Assembly (NCBI GenBank): GCA_951406725.2
Contig: OX597815.1
Location: 79,608,001-79,672,000 of the forward strand
DNA: 64,000 nt
DNA from: Octopus vulgaris
Taxonomy: Eukaryota
Direction of reading: 5' to 3'
Shown: positions 12,962-28,001 of the stretch, piece after piece
How the letters are laid out: the number at the start of each line of letters is the position of its first letter
How positions within the stretch are numbered: the first letter of the stretch is position 1
Notes under the pieces: generated by a model
What the model was told of the DNA's origin: nothing
Seen by the model: the letters and a program-made list of their open reading frames with translations, nothing else
Database searches by the model: none
Translations under genes and position numbers: made by a program

Positions 12962-14140
12962 CATGCGCAGTCGCAGAAGTTTGGTATGGCGATGGTATCC
13001 TGAAGTAGACAGAGGAGGAGTTAAAGGTGTTGGACAGGAAGATAAGAAAGCTCCTAACGATACATGGAGCCCATCATCCACGTGCAGAAACTGATCGCCT
13101 ATACATGAAGAGAGCAAATGGAGGAAGGGGACTGATAATTATGGAAGACTGTTTACGTATCGATCTCGAGAGCTTAATTAGATACCTAACCCAAAGTAAG
13201 GAAACCTTTTTAGCGTTAGTTAGGAATGAGAGAGTATTGAAAGCCGAGAAAGACGAAAAACAGAGGAAGAAGTACAAAAAAGGACATGAATAATCATTAC
13301 GCAACAAAGAACTACTCAATCAATTCAATGTAGTCACAACAGATGTGGATGGAAAACATTGGTGGGACTGGTTGAAGAACTGAACACTGAAAAAAGAGTG
13401 CACTATACTGGCAGCGCAAGACCAAGATTTGAGTACGAATTGGAGGGTCAACGTTAGGAATGAGCAAGTGTCTCCACTGTGCCGCATCTGTAACAGGGTG
13501 ACGAAACTATTCCCCATATCACGAACGAATATACTAGACTTGCCCAAAACCACTACAGGCTGTGGCGACACAGTAAGGTAGCGAAAGGGCTACACTGGAA
13601 ACTGCGAAAAGTAGGAGCTAGAGATAGACAAGATGTAGTATGAGCACAAGCCACAGAGAGTGGCGGAGTCGGACACTTGCAAAATCTTCCGGGATTTCCC
13701 AGTTCAATCAGGTGTTAGAGCATAATAGACCAGACCTAATGGTGGTCGACAAGATGCACCATCTGTGCTATATAGTTGATGTTGCGTGCCCCTTTGAACC
13801 ACGAACAGTCAAGAAAGAAGACGAAAAAATAATTGATAAATACAACTCTCTTAAGTATGAAATAGCCCGGCTATGGGAAATTAAGGTGAGGGTAGTGCCA
13901 ATTATTGTTGAGTTCTTGGGGATAGTATCAGAAGGCATCAAGAAGAATATAAAGGAAATCGGATGAGCATGCCCAGTAGAACTGTTGCAAAAAATTTTCC
14001 TCCTTGGTACGGCCAGAATAATTAGGAAAGTTTTAGATAGTTGGAAAAAACAGGTAGCATGGTACCGTAGGCTGCAGGTAGCAAGCCTGCTACGCATGTA
14101 AGACTCCAGGAGTTCCAGCAAAATCTGAAATAAAAGAAAT
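12961..14140 (+). mobile_element. 5'-truncated R4/Dong-clade RLE retrotransposon (decayed)
   Basis: LDRKIRKLLTIHGAHHPRAETDRLY..GGRGLI (post-RT), AAQDQ, CRIC..H zinc-knuckle remnant, and HNRPDLMVVDK..IVDVACP..KKEDEK..KY..LKYEIARLW (RLE); flanked by (AAT)n on both sides. Confidence 0.9.
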
Positions 14141-14163
14141 AATAATAATAATAATGATAAAAA

Positions 14164-14240
<77 letters not shown>

Positions 14241-14400
14241 CGACGACGATGACGACGATGACGACGACGGCGATGATAGTGAAAAGAAGAAGAAGAAGAA
14301 GAAGAAGAAGAAGAAGAAGAAGAAGAAGAAGAAGAAGAAGAAGAAGAAGAAGAAGAAGAAGAAGAAGAAGAAGAAGAAGAAGAAGAAGAAGAAGAAGAAA
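14141..14400. repeat. Compound (AAT)n-(GAT)n-(GAC)n-(GAA)n microsatellite
   Basis: Directly visible. Confidence 0.97.
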
Positions 14401-14605
14401 ATAGCTAGTACTTGTAAGAGGGATTCTGCCACTGGAGATTTAAGAATTGGGGATAATATGCAACCTAATCGACGGAAAATTCTATGTGAATACCCATTCA
14501 GGAAAGTAGTACTCGGTGAACCAAGTAGCATTCGACATTAGTAAAGTAAAACCTAGCATCTGCTAATATTTACTGTACGTACATACATATACACACATGG
14601 GTATG

Positions 14606-14656
<51 letters not shown>

Positions 14657-14863
14657 ATATATGTTATGTGTGTATAAACGTATATATATATATATGTGTG
14701 TGTTTGCATGTGTGTGTGTATGTGTGTGTATGTATAATTTTATACGTTTATATGTCTAGCGAGAGGTTTTTAAAGACTTTCTTCTGTTGTGAATAGCAAT
14801 CTACCGAAACTATTAAATTTGCCGTGAATAAATTCATAATGTATTTCAATACATGCATAGACG

Positions 14864-14936
<73 letters not shown>

Positions 14937-15164
14937 GCACACACACTCAGACGATATTTGCATTTTAAATGTTATGTTACATAAGAGAGTAAGAAAGAAA
15001 TGATGAGGGTCAAACAGAAAATGCTATTCTCATTAAACGATTTCATAATGAATTCTTCGCTGATCTGGTGATGATAATCGCTGTGTGAACAAGAAGTAAA
15101 TACTTGTTGAGACTTTCCAGCAATTTGGTTTCGATTCCTTGTTTAAAATCGATTTTTCTTTTTT

Positions 15165-15264
15165 NNNNNNNNNNNNNNNNNNNNNNNNNNNNNNNNNNNN
15201 NNNNNNNNNNNNNNNNNNNNNNNNNNNNNNNNNNNNNNNNNNNNNNNNNNNNNNNNNNNNNNNN
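15165..15264. other. Assembly gap (100 N)
   Basis: Run of 100 n; contiguity across it is not guaranteed. Confidence 1.
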
Positions 15265-15994
15265 TTTTCATACCGCTTATGATTTTTAGAAAATGCATGA
15301 GACTTATGACTACATTCTCCCCCGCTTCCTGTATATATACCATGTAGAATGAAAACTGTACTAAGCTCTCTGTAGTTGAATCTGCGACCATTGTTAATTC
15401 TTAGTAAATAAGTAAATGAATAATGTGCTTCTCTTCCTACAACTATATATAATAATATATTTGTTTCCCAGTTAGTTTTCTCTCAGACCTCACGTCATAT
15501 TTTCTGTACTTGCCCGGTTGATTTTTCGAAGTTTCACCGATGATTGTCTGGGATGTTATACGTTTTTATCCCTTGCACACACAAAATACCCCTTAGTCAT
15601 CCATGCATTCTTATTTTGAACGCGAAATCAGGAGTAAACCCTAAAAGCTCTTGAATAGTCGGTGTGATACATGTGTATCACCAGTAGCATTTACTCCCAA
15701 AAGAAGCGTCGGACAATTTTTAGAAGCTTTAATACTAGCGTTGCTTTTTCTTTTCAAGAGATAAAAGTTCTAAAGAGCATGAGCTCTCAAGAAAGTAACC
15801 CACTTTAGTAATCGCTTTTTAAATCTGTTCAGAATAATTAGTAGCAACCTCTGTATCGCCACTAGCAGCTTAACTACTTACTTTCATGTTGTGCAAATTC
15901 AAGCGCTTTTTAAACCTTTCCAACCAGCGTTTACTAATCAGAAAAGATTCTTCTGGAGTTTCACCTTCTTTTTCTTGTAAATTATCATATAAAC

Positions 15995-16198
15995 CTATAG
16001 GCACAAGGCCTGAAATTTTGGGGGAGGGTCAAGTCGATTACATCGACCCCAGTGTTTCACTTATTTTACTTATTTTACCGACTCCAAAAGGTTGAAAGGC
16101 AAAGTTGACCCCGGCGGAATTTGAACTCAGAACGTTATGAAGGGCGAAATACTGGTAAGCAATCCGTCCAGCATGCTAACGATTCTGCCAGCACGCCG
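15995..16198 (-). mobile_element. Family A SINE, tail type c
   Basis: taggcacaaggcctgaaattttgggggagg...gtcgattacatcgacccc...ggcaaagttgac..gaatttgaactcagaacg..ctgccagcacgccgc. Confidence 0.88.
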
Positions 16199-17088
16199 CT
16201 ATGTGAACTGACATAACATTTTGGTTTTTTGCTTCGTTATCACCGTGCCTATCGGCACATTGCCACGGGTCTGATACACGATCAGGGGCAGTTCTATTTT
16301 GAGCACCACGTAAGATTTAGGAAAAAATAAAGTCTGAGCAGTTAACAGAGTAGTTTGTTGAGCACTTGACTTAATTTTTCGTTCTATTGTCACAAATTGT
16401 TTCACAGCAGACGTGGCAAACTTTAACGTTTTGGTAATGTGAAAAGGAGCCGTACTAAAAAGTTACACTGGATATTAAACATAATGGTTTAAAAGGGCTT
16501 GATACTGGAGGGAAAATAATCCAGTCGCATTACCAAAATTACCAGGAAAGAACTGTTTTGTGAGGGCACACAAATATTGTCTTATTCGTACGGATGGCCA
16601 AATGGAAATGAGATGAAAGGGTGAAAGAGTAAGGTCGGAGGAAGATTGTGTAATTACAGATAGTTGAAGGGTTACCAGGATCATGGGTACATTGCTTTGA
16701 GCTATTAAAAAGATTTTCACTGAACTCTCTCTTACACATAAAATCACGCACGCACGCACACACATACACACCCATACACGTACGCACGTACACGCACACG
16801 CACACGCACACGCACACGCACACGCACACACACAAACGAATCTATGTACTGTGATTATAGTTTTTCAAAATGTTAATTAATTTAATGTTACAAAACACCG
16901 AAACTTTTGGCTAACACGAAAGGGTAACTTTTAAGTTCTTAAAGTTTCTTCAAGCTTTCGTAAGAGCAAACTTTCAGATCGCATCCCGAAATTAGTGGTC
17001 ATACTTTTATAATCTCGTAAACGCGAAATCCCGTAACCCGAGAAAGTCACAACGCATGGATAACTTTAACTACAATCTTGTATATATC

Positions 17089-17425
<337 letters not shown>

Positions 17426-17479
17426 ACATATATATATACTATATATATACATACATACATATCCATATCCATATCCATA

Positions 17480-17594
<115 letters not shown>

Positions 17595-17804
17595 TAGTGT
17601 AAAACGTGGACTGGATTACAGATGACTCAATTCAACTTTGAAATTTACATTGTAGAATTTAGCATTGAAGAATATCTTATACTTTAAGCTACAAAGCATG
17701 ATGGTACCCTATATATCATATTTATATATACACTTACGTTATATATTATATAATAATATATAACCTACTGCAATCATAGAGAAAAACGAAATGTAAAGAA
17801 TTTG

Positions 17805-17895
<91 letters not shown>

Positions 17896-18114
17896 TACGG
17901 AGGCATATACGCACGCAAACACGCACAAGTTAAGTGAGAGAAAGAGAGAAGAGAGAACCTCTAGTCAAGTTCTTATTCTAGCATATGTTTATTTATATAT
18001 TTGCAAATTAATTCCATTTACTCTCAGGAAAAAAATATACGGCTGTCCATGTGCTACGTACCCCCATATACCCTGTTAAACTTCTTTCAAACGGTGTTAA
18101 TTAATTACGAACAA

Positions 18115-18734
18115 ACATAGGCATACATACATACATACATACATAATACATACATACATACATACATACACACATACACACACATACATACATACATACA
18201 TACATAATACATACATACATACGTACATACATACATACATAATACATACATACACACATACATACATAATACATACATACATACACACATACATACATAC
18301 ATACATACATACATACATACATACATACATACATACATACATACATACATACATACATACATACATACATACACACATACATAAATACATACATACATGC
18401 ATAATACATACATACATACACACATACACACACACATACATACATACAAAATACATACATACATACATAATACACACATACATACATACATACATACATA
18501 ATACATACATACATAATACATACATACATACATACATAGATACATACATAGATACATACACACATACACCATACATAAATACATACACACATACATACAT
18601 ACATACATACATAATACATACATACATACATACATACATACATACATACATACATACATACATACATACATACATGCATAATACATACATACATAATGCA
18701 TACATACATACATACTTACTTACATATACACACA

Positions 18735-18790
<56 letters not shown>

Positions 18791-18906
18791 AACGCACACA
18801 GAGACACACATATATATCCATCTACATGTTTGTTTATCAAAATACCTATTTATCTATATATAATCGTATTCTGCTGTCATTCTCTCTATGTTTGTATGTG
18901 TATGGT

Positions 18907-18985
<79 letters not shown>

Positions 18986-19012
18986 ATACATGTATATATG
19001 CACATATACATA

Positions 19013-19080
<68 letters not shown>

Positions 19081-19624
19081 CATACATATATATATATAAA
19101 CATATATATATATATATATATGTGTTTGATTTTGTCTGTGTGTGTGTGTTTGTGCGCGTGTGTTAGTTAGTTACACACACACACACGCGCATATAAACAC
19201 ATTTATTTATACTCCATCAGTCTATATATTCGTACATTTATGATCAAATACATACATTTACAACAGCACATACCTACATGCTTATACATGCAATTATATA
19301 CATGTGTGTGTACGTCTATGTGTGGTTGATGCGTGTCTGATTTGTATTTATTTTATTTGTGATTGCGTATTTCATGTGAATGTGCATAGATGTAACAATC
19401 TGTGTTAACGCAATTATATTCCTAATTATGTACATGGATATAATATAGGATCCATTATTACAATGATAGCAAATACACACGCTCACACACACATGTATGT
19501 GTATGTGTGTGTGTATATATATACACATACATATACATATATACATATATATATATACATACACAGACACACACACATAAATACATTCCATCTATTCATC
19601 CATCCATATATATATGTGTGTGTG

Positions 19625-19689
<65 letters not shown>

Positions 19690-19704
19690 GTATATATATA
19701 TACA

Positions 19705-19747
<43 letters not shown>

Positions 19748-19753
19748 GTATAT

Positions 19754-19839
<86 letters not shown>

Positions 19840-19840
19840 T
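18115..19840. repeat. Long (ACAT)n / (TA)n / (TG)n microsatellite complex
   Basis: Directly visible; source of the MYVC/YI ORFs. Confidence 0.97.
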
Positions 19841-19974
19841 ATATCCACGCATATTTTCACACTGGATATAATTTTAAATTGATATATTTTCGTGAGAAAT
19901 AATTATATGATAATAGCAAAGTATATTTATATACATTTATACATGTATATATATATATTTACGTAAATTTTATA

Positions 19975-20010
<36 letters not shown>

Positions 20011-20929
20011 TGTATGTGTGTGTGTGTAGCGTATGTACACGCTGTGTTTGTGTGTACACTTTCTTTGCATGTGTAAATATTTTTGTATTTAAATAGCTTC
20101 TATGATGATATTGATGACTAACTTATTCACTCATGTGAAATACAAGAAAAATACTAAAATGCGCGGAAACATAAAGGAGCAACATAATTGTGTTAAAGTC
20201 TTAATTTCGCCGCTAGGGTTCACTGTAACACGCCACTATTTTGGTCTCCAACTAAACAAAAATATCTTAAAAGTTGCGATTGTGTTGTGCAGTAATATTA
20301 AATTTGTGCATTAAATTTCACAAGACTTTTATCAGCTCAATCCATCCTTGAAGAAACCATAATTTAAGTTTTGATTACGAGTTGTTGTTGTTGTTGTTGT
20401 TGTCGTAGTCGTCGTCGTGATCATCTCGTTTTTTTTCTGTTTATTAAAGGTTACACTGTTCAATGTGTCATTCCCTGTTTCTAAGAGAATGGGAATTAAC
20501 TGAGAGAGATTTGATTGCTATTTTTAATTGCTAGAGCGGTTCCAAAGCGCATTTATACAATGACTATCCTATTTGCAATTGAAGCCATAGAATCTTATCA
20601 AGGTATCTATCTTAATGCGAATGAACCAAAATCTAGCAGTATCTCGTACTGTTATTCTTATTATATATCCAGTTAACAACTGCACAGTACATGTCAATTA
20701 AATGATCTCATCTATGATGTTATTTACCCTCCCACCATTGCCGGTCGATTTTTATTTGAATGCCTGAACTATAAGACCCATGACTTACATTGGCAACGTG
20801 TCTTGTTGGCGGCATCGCCAAGGGAATTGCCATTCTCAAATCATGCATGCGTTGTCGTCGTCATTAAGGGCGATTGCAGTGTTGTAGCTGCTTTATTTAC
20901 CATGTCACTCCGAACACCATGTCGAGTTG

Positions 20930-21830
20930 TATACTCTCTGTATGAATAGAAAAAATCCCAAGAAAACTGAACCATGGTTTATTCATCTACGAAAGAGCTC
21001 TCATGTAGCTTATTCAAACAAAAAATACGAGATTCACTTTCATTCTCTGTCAAACGTCATCGATTTGTCAAGAATTCCTGGAGGTAGTTTCAAGAGTCAG
21101 CAATTACGTGGTTACATTTGGTTATTTTCACTTTCGAAATAACACGATTATTTTAACTGATATACATTATATGGTTATATATATTTTGTACTTGAAAAAC
21201 TACGTTATAGCTTCCTTTCTCAAGAACCATGTCGTATAACTGTATTTTTATTTAGTCCAGCTGTCAAAGAACATGATTATTTCTTTTGTGAAGAACGAAA
21301 GCATTACATCTGACGAAAACCGAAAACCTAAAACAATCTAACCGTGTGGTTATTTCATTTATGAAGAAACATGTAGAGTCCTTCATCAAATGACGTTACT
21401 TCATGTGGATAACAAATGTGTTCTTACATATTTCTTCTGTCAAAACTTAGTTGTAGTTGTGAATTTCTGTAATGAACCATATCCTTACCTTCTTCCTTCT
21501 GCAATAACCCTGTTGTTACTAATTTCCTGTCAAAACTCCGTGACTGCTCTCTTTTTGAAGAGCCGTGGCCTCTCTGAATAAGTCAAAGAACCTTAGAAAT
21601 ATTAATCTAATCAGTAACATACTATAATATTAATTTGACTTTCAAGAACTATATTTTACAGTTTTTTTTTCAAGAACCAGGTGGGTATTTCGTTTCAAGA
21701 CCCTTGTGGCTACTTTCGTTTTCGATACAGCGCAATAACTTCCTGTATGAAGAACCATATGAGAACATCCTCTGTCAAAACCATACAGTTTTTAGTCCCT
21801 TCAAAGTTTCGTGGTTGTTTCCATTGTCAG
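20930..21830. repeat. Highly degenerate tandem minisatellite with core resembling TCAAGAACCATG
   Basis: Recurring variants gaaccatgg, tcaagaaccatg, gtcaaagaacatg, gaagaaacatg, ctgtcaaaact, tcaagaacta, tcaagaaccagg and gaagaaccatatg, spaced roughly every 25-30 nt. Confidence 0.6.
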
Positions 21831-21889
21831 TGATGTCAGTAGTTAAACGAGCGCTAACATCCATGATGTAGTGATCTAAGAAACAGCAA

Positions 21890-22240
21890 TTCATCAATCG
21901 TTCTATCGACTGATCAGACTCGCGGATGTCTTAAAACAGCCGCTGGTCAGAAAACCTCTCTTTTCCATATTGGCTCCATATCGTTTTACTAAATCATCTC
22001 CCCATCGTCGTAGAGGCCTTCCGAAAGGCCTTTTTCGATCTCATTGATATCATTCGGCAACTACACGGGGTTCATCTGTTATTTGTGAACCTTGCAACAT
22101 GCCCGACCCAGTGGAACTGGCGCTTTCGGCATTCTGCGATCACATATGCTCTTGGAATGATATTCTGAGCTTGGAAATTTCCATGGCCCTTTGCGTCGTA
22201 GCCAATCGATGTTCTTCAATCTTGGTAGTAGCCCACGTAC
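21890..22240 (-). mobile_element. RTE-clade LINE C-terminal remnant
   Basis: Minus strand: RLATTQRAME..ISFQEH..WVGHVARFTNNR*..KRPFGRPLRRWGDDL. Confidence 0.8.
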
Positions 22241-22810
22241 ATGGTGATGAAATGCAATCATTATCTTGATGATTGATTTTAGTGAGCATGCCAAGTGAGA
22301 CAGTACCGATCTTTAGATTAAATAAAATTAATTGAATATAAAATCGTGTGGGGATTTTTGGCAGTACATTGAAAGTGCTGAACATATTTCGGTCTTAGTA
22401 CATCATGAAAGCATAGTCTAACCATATTACTAGATCTTTGAGCGATCACTGAGGAGACAGGTATTTCGTATACAAACACTGAGTAGTATTATAACTAGAA
22501 ATAATGAGGGTGAAAATGCCAAGGAATCCTTGCTGCATGAAACTCATACGGTAAAGTGGTCGCTAACGTTTGATGTAGTGAGACTTTCTTTGTTATTAAG
22601 ATAATGAGGCCAAAACATATCCCGAGTCATCCTCACATTACAGAAGATCAGCTTCACTCCTTAATGCATTCGATATTGAATTAATTAATTTAAATCCCAG
22701 AGTTATCCCCCTCCCCTTTCTTGGCCCAAACTAAACATAGATTTAATGATTATTTGTCATCGTTATAGGTATAATTTTAATTGATAATCTTCTCTCTCCC
22801 CATCGCTCAC

Positions 22811-23001
<191 letters not shown>

Positions 23002-24382
23002 TATACATAACCATTCAGCTGTTCTTCGTAGATGACAAATATTGATTTCTTCCATTCGCATAATATACATTTTCAGGAACAATATTGCCAAATATATCCA
23101 CTATAGTGCTTAACTGATACCTCATCGTACAAATTTCCGGAAGAATGTCAAGTAAAATTGATGTTGGTGGGATTTGAACTCAGAACATAAAGTGATACAC
23201 ACAAATACCGCAATACATTTTGTTTGCTTCTCTACAGATGCTGCTATTACAACACCGCCCTCTGGGGGGAAAATATTAATGAATCTGTCAGTCTTTGGTA
23301 TTCTATTTCATACTTGTTTAAATAACAATTCGAGAAAGTCGTTTAACAGAAAACAAAAGCATCTGAATTCTTGAGATATTTTCCATAATTGTACTTGCTT
23401 TTCTTCTTTTTTTGTTATTCTTTGAAGTAATCAACGTAAAAAGATATGGCTGAGTGTCGGGTCTTCGTCTCAGTTAAGTACTTACTAATTCTTCTTTATG
23501 TAAGTCTCGCTTTATTTCTCTATCACTCCCTTTTCTTTCCCACAACAAAAACGCACGCAGAAATGTACTTATATACAGATTCTCGACGAAAACACACGCA
23601 TAAAATATACTCATAAACTCATAAGCAAACACAAATTTTCACTGTCACGTTTACGGGAAGAAAATTCCTTCAAACAACAAATATATTTAAGTGTCCACAT
23701 TACACAAAATGTATGCCTTCGAATATCTACATAAACACATACGCACATACATTCGTACACACATACTATACATATGTATTTATGTCCATATAGGTATTTG
23801 AGTGCATTTATTTTGTGTAGGTAAACACACATAGCACGTACATGCATACACTCTCAAATATATAACAGCGTAGTACCCATAAAAAATGTCATATATTTCA
23901 GTATGGATAACCTATGTAAATATGTGTATAGAAAAGTAAGATAGAGACAGAGAAAGTGACTTATAGAAATAGAGTTTAGTTGATGCTAGAAGTAATTAGA
24001 GGAGAGAGAGAGGTGAGAGAGAAAGGGAGAAGGAGAAAGAGAGAGAGAGGATATGGGTTTCCTTCTGTGCGTGTAAGGTCAGTTAGTAGGATGGATTTTT
24101 CTCTGGATTACCTAAATCGCTGACTGACTGACTGACTCACTCACTCACTCACTCACTCACGTAGGAGCGAGATTTGCCTGGAATGCTGTCACCGGATGTC
24201 TACCACTGAAGAAGTCCAGTACACTGAAATCACGTGATCTAGCAGTTCTGACGCCCATAAAAGACGGTTCTCGCCTTCTACGATATATGACTCTGCTTTT
24301 ATGCACGATACACCTATATGAGAGGAATTCTCAGGGCTAACACTGCGATATTTGGCGTGCTAACGAGTCATTCACGTTAAGT

Positions 24383-24428
<46 letters not shown>

Positions 24429-24431
<3 letters not shown>

Positions 24432-24905
24432 AGAATTCACGAAAAAAACAAAAGACGAAAACAGGTGGTGTAGACAACAAACAGATGTATTAGTTTAACG
24501 CTCGAGAAGTGAAAAAGTCTTTAACATTTCGAGCCTACGCTCTTCCACAGAAAGGAACACAGAAAGAAACAATGAGAGAAAACAAAGAATGTGTAGTGGC
24601 TACCGATCTATCATGGCGAATGCCGGACAGAGGAGTAAAAAGCAGAAAGTACAAAAAGTTTAGGAAGTATAAAAAAGTTAAGAAAAGTTCAAAAGTTTCA
24701 AAAGCTCCGAACGTCATGGTGTATTGGAGCGATTTCTCCTCAACAGAGGAGTCCAGTGTAATCGATGGGCAGGAGAGATGCAGCTGAATTGTACGAGAGC
24801 AGAAAGTCCAGGTAGATAATCCAGGTAGAATAGCCCAGTGTAGAAGGTGTAAAAATTCGTTGGGTAATGAGAGGAGACAGGATCAACTGGTGCGACCACG
24901 TGAGC
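24429..24905 (-). mobile_element. (TA)n-inserted Penelope-like non-autonomous element, family H2, long copy with hammerhead motif at 24519-24554
   Basis: Minus strand cttt-CTGTGGA-A-GAGC-gtag-GCTC-GAA-ATGT-T-aaag; 24429-24618 is homologous to 24918-25110, 28001-28198 and 55672-55876. Confidence 0.7.
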
Positions 24906-24917
24906 GTATAATATATG

Positions 24918-25115
24918 GGGAGAATTCACACACACACACACACACACAAAAAAAAAAAACGTAGACAACAAATAGATGTATTAGTTTAACGCTTGGGAAG
25001 GGAAAAAGTCTTTAACGTTTCGAGCCTAGGTTCTTCTAGAGAAAAGAACACAGAAAGAAACAAGGAGAGAAAATAAAGAATGTGTAGTGGCTAGCGATCT
25101 ATCATGGCGGTGTGC
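24918..25115 (-). mobile_element. Family H2 short copy, degenerate hammerhead at 25010-25045
   Basis: Direct repeat of 24429-24618; followed by (TA)n. Confidence 0.7.
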
Positions 25116-25168
<53 letters not shown>

Positions 25169-26114
25169 AACGATGACTGTCCACTCGTGACAGGGGAAAA
25201 CCACCACTGACCATTGCCCATATAAAATGCCGGTAAGGCCCGTACATGAAGTTAATGCATCAGCAGTCAGCTTCACTCGGGTTTGCGTTTGCGGCTTCCA
25301 TAGTCACCGTAGGGTCCTCTTACTCGACCGGACATCAGATAGTTACTTCGCCCGAGACTGCACAAACTAAAATTTTAGATCCAACAAAGCTTGCACACCA
25401 CCTCGCAAACCTTCTCCACCCTACTGACATGATCCAGTAGTAAGCCAGGGCAAGATATCCAGTGCAAATATAGCTCACAGGCTCAAGAATGTAGGAGCGT
25501 CATATTTTTAAGTGCAAGCAAAAGATAGTCAAAAGTTTCAATACCATTCCCTGCATATCTGGTTTTATATCAGAGTGACTTTCTCCAAGAGACATGCTTT
25601 AACAAAAGCTAAAAGGTGCCTCACTCCCAGCCGTCTTCCAGCACGCCGGACACCAACCCAGAATTTCTGTGGGCCTGTGCTATTGCTAGACAGTCGTTGA
25701 ACATACAATTGGTTCATCCGTCCTACGTAAGGTTACTTAAAAGGTCTCTCATCAGTGCTACTGGTAACATAGTATTCAGTACCAACTGTCGAATGGTCGG
25801 GTGATTGGTGACTAAACCGGCAGCACAACTAGGTTTGTCTGGTGAGGAGGGTTGCTAGAAACAAAGTAGGACAAAAAACAAAGACCTGTCAAAAAGGACG
25901 GATACATACATACACACATACATATGTAACAGCACAAAGGCACACACACACATATAGATATACATACGTACATACATACATGTATATGTATGTATGTATA
26001 TATGTATATTTTTGTGTGTATCTTTGTGCTTATGTTTGTCCCTCATAACCTCTTGACAATCGGTGTTGGTTTGTTTACGTCCCCATAACTTAGCGATGCA
26101 GCATTTACGGAGGC

Positions 26115-26159
<45 letters not shown>

Positions 26160-26734
26160 TGCATGTACTTATATATTCATATATGCATCTGTGTGAGTGA
26201 GTAAATAAGTGAGAGAGAGAGAGAGTGTGTGTATGTGTGTGTAGGCATGTATGTGTATACACAAATCTATATACACATACACCCCTCCACACATATATCT
26301 TTATCATAACAAAATATTGACCTTAGAAAAACGAAACGTGTGAATTTTAATATGCATATCTTTATAGGTTTTTAGTTCATTACATATTTTATATTATCGC
26401 TCAACTAAGCTTTCTCATAGGCTTTTCCACGGAAATACTTAACTGACGTATTTAACGAATTTTTATGGCTATATAGCTCCAATTCCGTGGTGAAAACTAT
26501 AAAACCAAATCCACTAGTCACATCGATGTAGAGAGCCTTCCTCAAGAGAGATTTCGTTCAAAATTTACGTCATATCAATTTTGTTTACATCTTATCTCGT
26601 TTATTTATTTATTTTTTTTTATTTTACTTAAGTCATTTACGAATGTAGTATATAAACGTATATATTTTGAATAACTAAGTACCTCTCTGAGCCCTGTTGA
26701 TGAAGGGGAATAGATGTTTGTTTGTTTTGTTTGT

Positions 26735-26944
26735 TTTTCCAGTTTCAGCTCTTGAGCTGTGGCCATGCTGGGGCACCGCCATTGTGGTGAAAGAGTACAG
26801 CAGGGATCACCACCCCCTGCCGGAGCCTCGTAGAGCTTTTAGGTGTTTTTCGCTCAATAAACACACACAACGCCCGGTCTGAGAATCGAAACCGCGATCC
26901 TGTGACCGCGAGTCCGCTGCCCTAACCACTAGGCCATTGCGCCT
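26735..26944 (-). mobile_element. tRNA-derived SINE (family C head) joined to a CR1-like tail
   Basis: Minus strand ggcgcaatggcctagtggttagg (A box) ... ggtttcgattctc (B box), same head as 52887-53187; ends ggcggtgccccagcatggccacagctcaagagctgaaac. Confidence 0.8.
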
Positions 26945-27073
26945 AGTGGTGTGTATATATATGTGTGTATATATTTATATTTTTATCTTCGAGGAGCACT
27001 CACACATACGTATAAGTGTGTGTGCGTATGTGTGTGTGTGTGTATATATGTATGTGTGCCTATATATATATAG

Positions 27074-27304
27074 GGCTGCGAGCTGGCAGAAACGTTAGCG
27101 CGCCGGGCGAAATGCTTAGCGGTATTTCGTCTGTCGTTACGTTCTGAGTTCAAATTCCACCGAGGTCGACTTTGCCTTTCATCCTTTCGGGGTCGATAAA
27201 TAAAGTACCATTTTCGCACTGGGGTCGATGTAATCGACTTAATCCGTTTGTCTGTCCTTGTTTGTCCCCTCTATGTTTAGCCCCTTGTGGGTAGTAAAGA
27301 AATA
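27074..27304 (+). mobile_element. Full-length family A SINE, tail type a, inserted in a TA-rich tract
   Basis: A box (gagctggcagaaacgttag), B box (gagttcaaattcc), core gactttgcctttcatcctttcggggtcgataaataaagtacc, tail gtttagccccttgtgggtagtaaagaaata. Confidence 0.93.
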
Positions 27305-27375
27305 TATATGTATATATATTTGTGTCTATATATATGTAAATATTTATTTATGTGTGTGTGTATATATATATATGA

Positions 27376-27406
<31 letters not shown>

Positions 27407-27842
27407 TACACTTTACCACACACCGAACTTTTCAGAAATAGCAGCATTCTTAGTATTTTCAAATCTAAATCAGAAGAAATCTCTGAGCTGATGAAGGAAA
27501 AGTGGCATTTTACCCACAAATTGTGGTAAAGTGAATTTTTTTACTTTACCAATTTTTTTACTTTACCATATTTTTATAAATTAATACTTCAAATACACCG
27601 TAAATGGTCTTTACATACCGAATACTGCTTGGTCGAATTTATTAACAATTAATTAATTCTACCCCCTTTTTTGATGACAATATACATATATACAGATATA
27701 TAAATATACACATATACACATATAAATGCACACACACATTTATATATATATGTATATATACACACACACGTATATACATATGCATACACATACATATATA
27801 TATATGTATATATATATGTGTATGTGTATATATGTGTGTGTA

Positions 27843-27878
<36 letters not shown>

Positions 27879-27893
27879 CCCATATATATATAC

Positions 27894-27928
<35 letters not shown>

Positions 27929-27946
27929 CATATATATATACCCATA

Positions 27947-28000
<54 letters not shown>

Positions 28001-28001
<1 letters not shown>

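Noticed and set aside
21310-21330. CTGACGA..GAAA hammerhead-like words
   Set aside because: No stem II or stem I pairing.
20930-21830. Repeat-spacer pattern superficially like a CRISPR array
   Set aside because: Eukaryotic context, short and highly degenerate repeats, no cas genes.
26870-26944. tRNA-like sequence (also 53110-53187 and family A heads)
   Set aside because: A and B boxes are present, but each continues into a SINE body without a proper acceptor stem or terminator; these are SINE heads, not tRNA genes.
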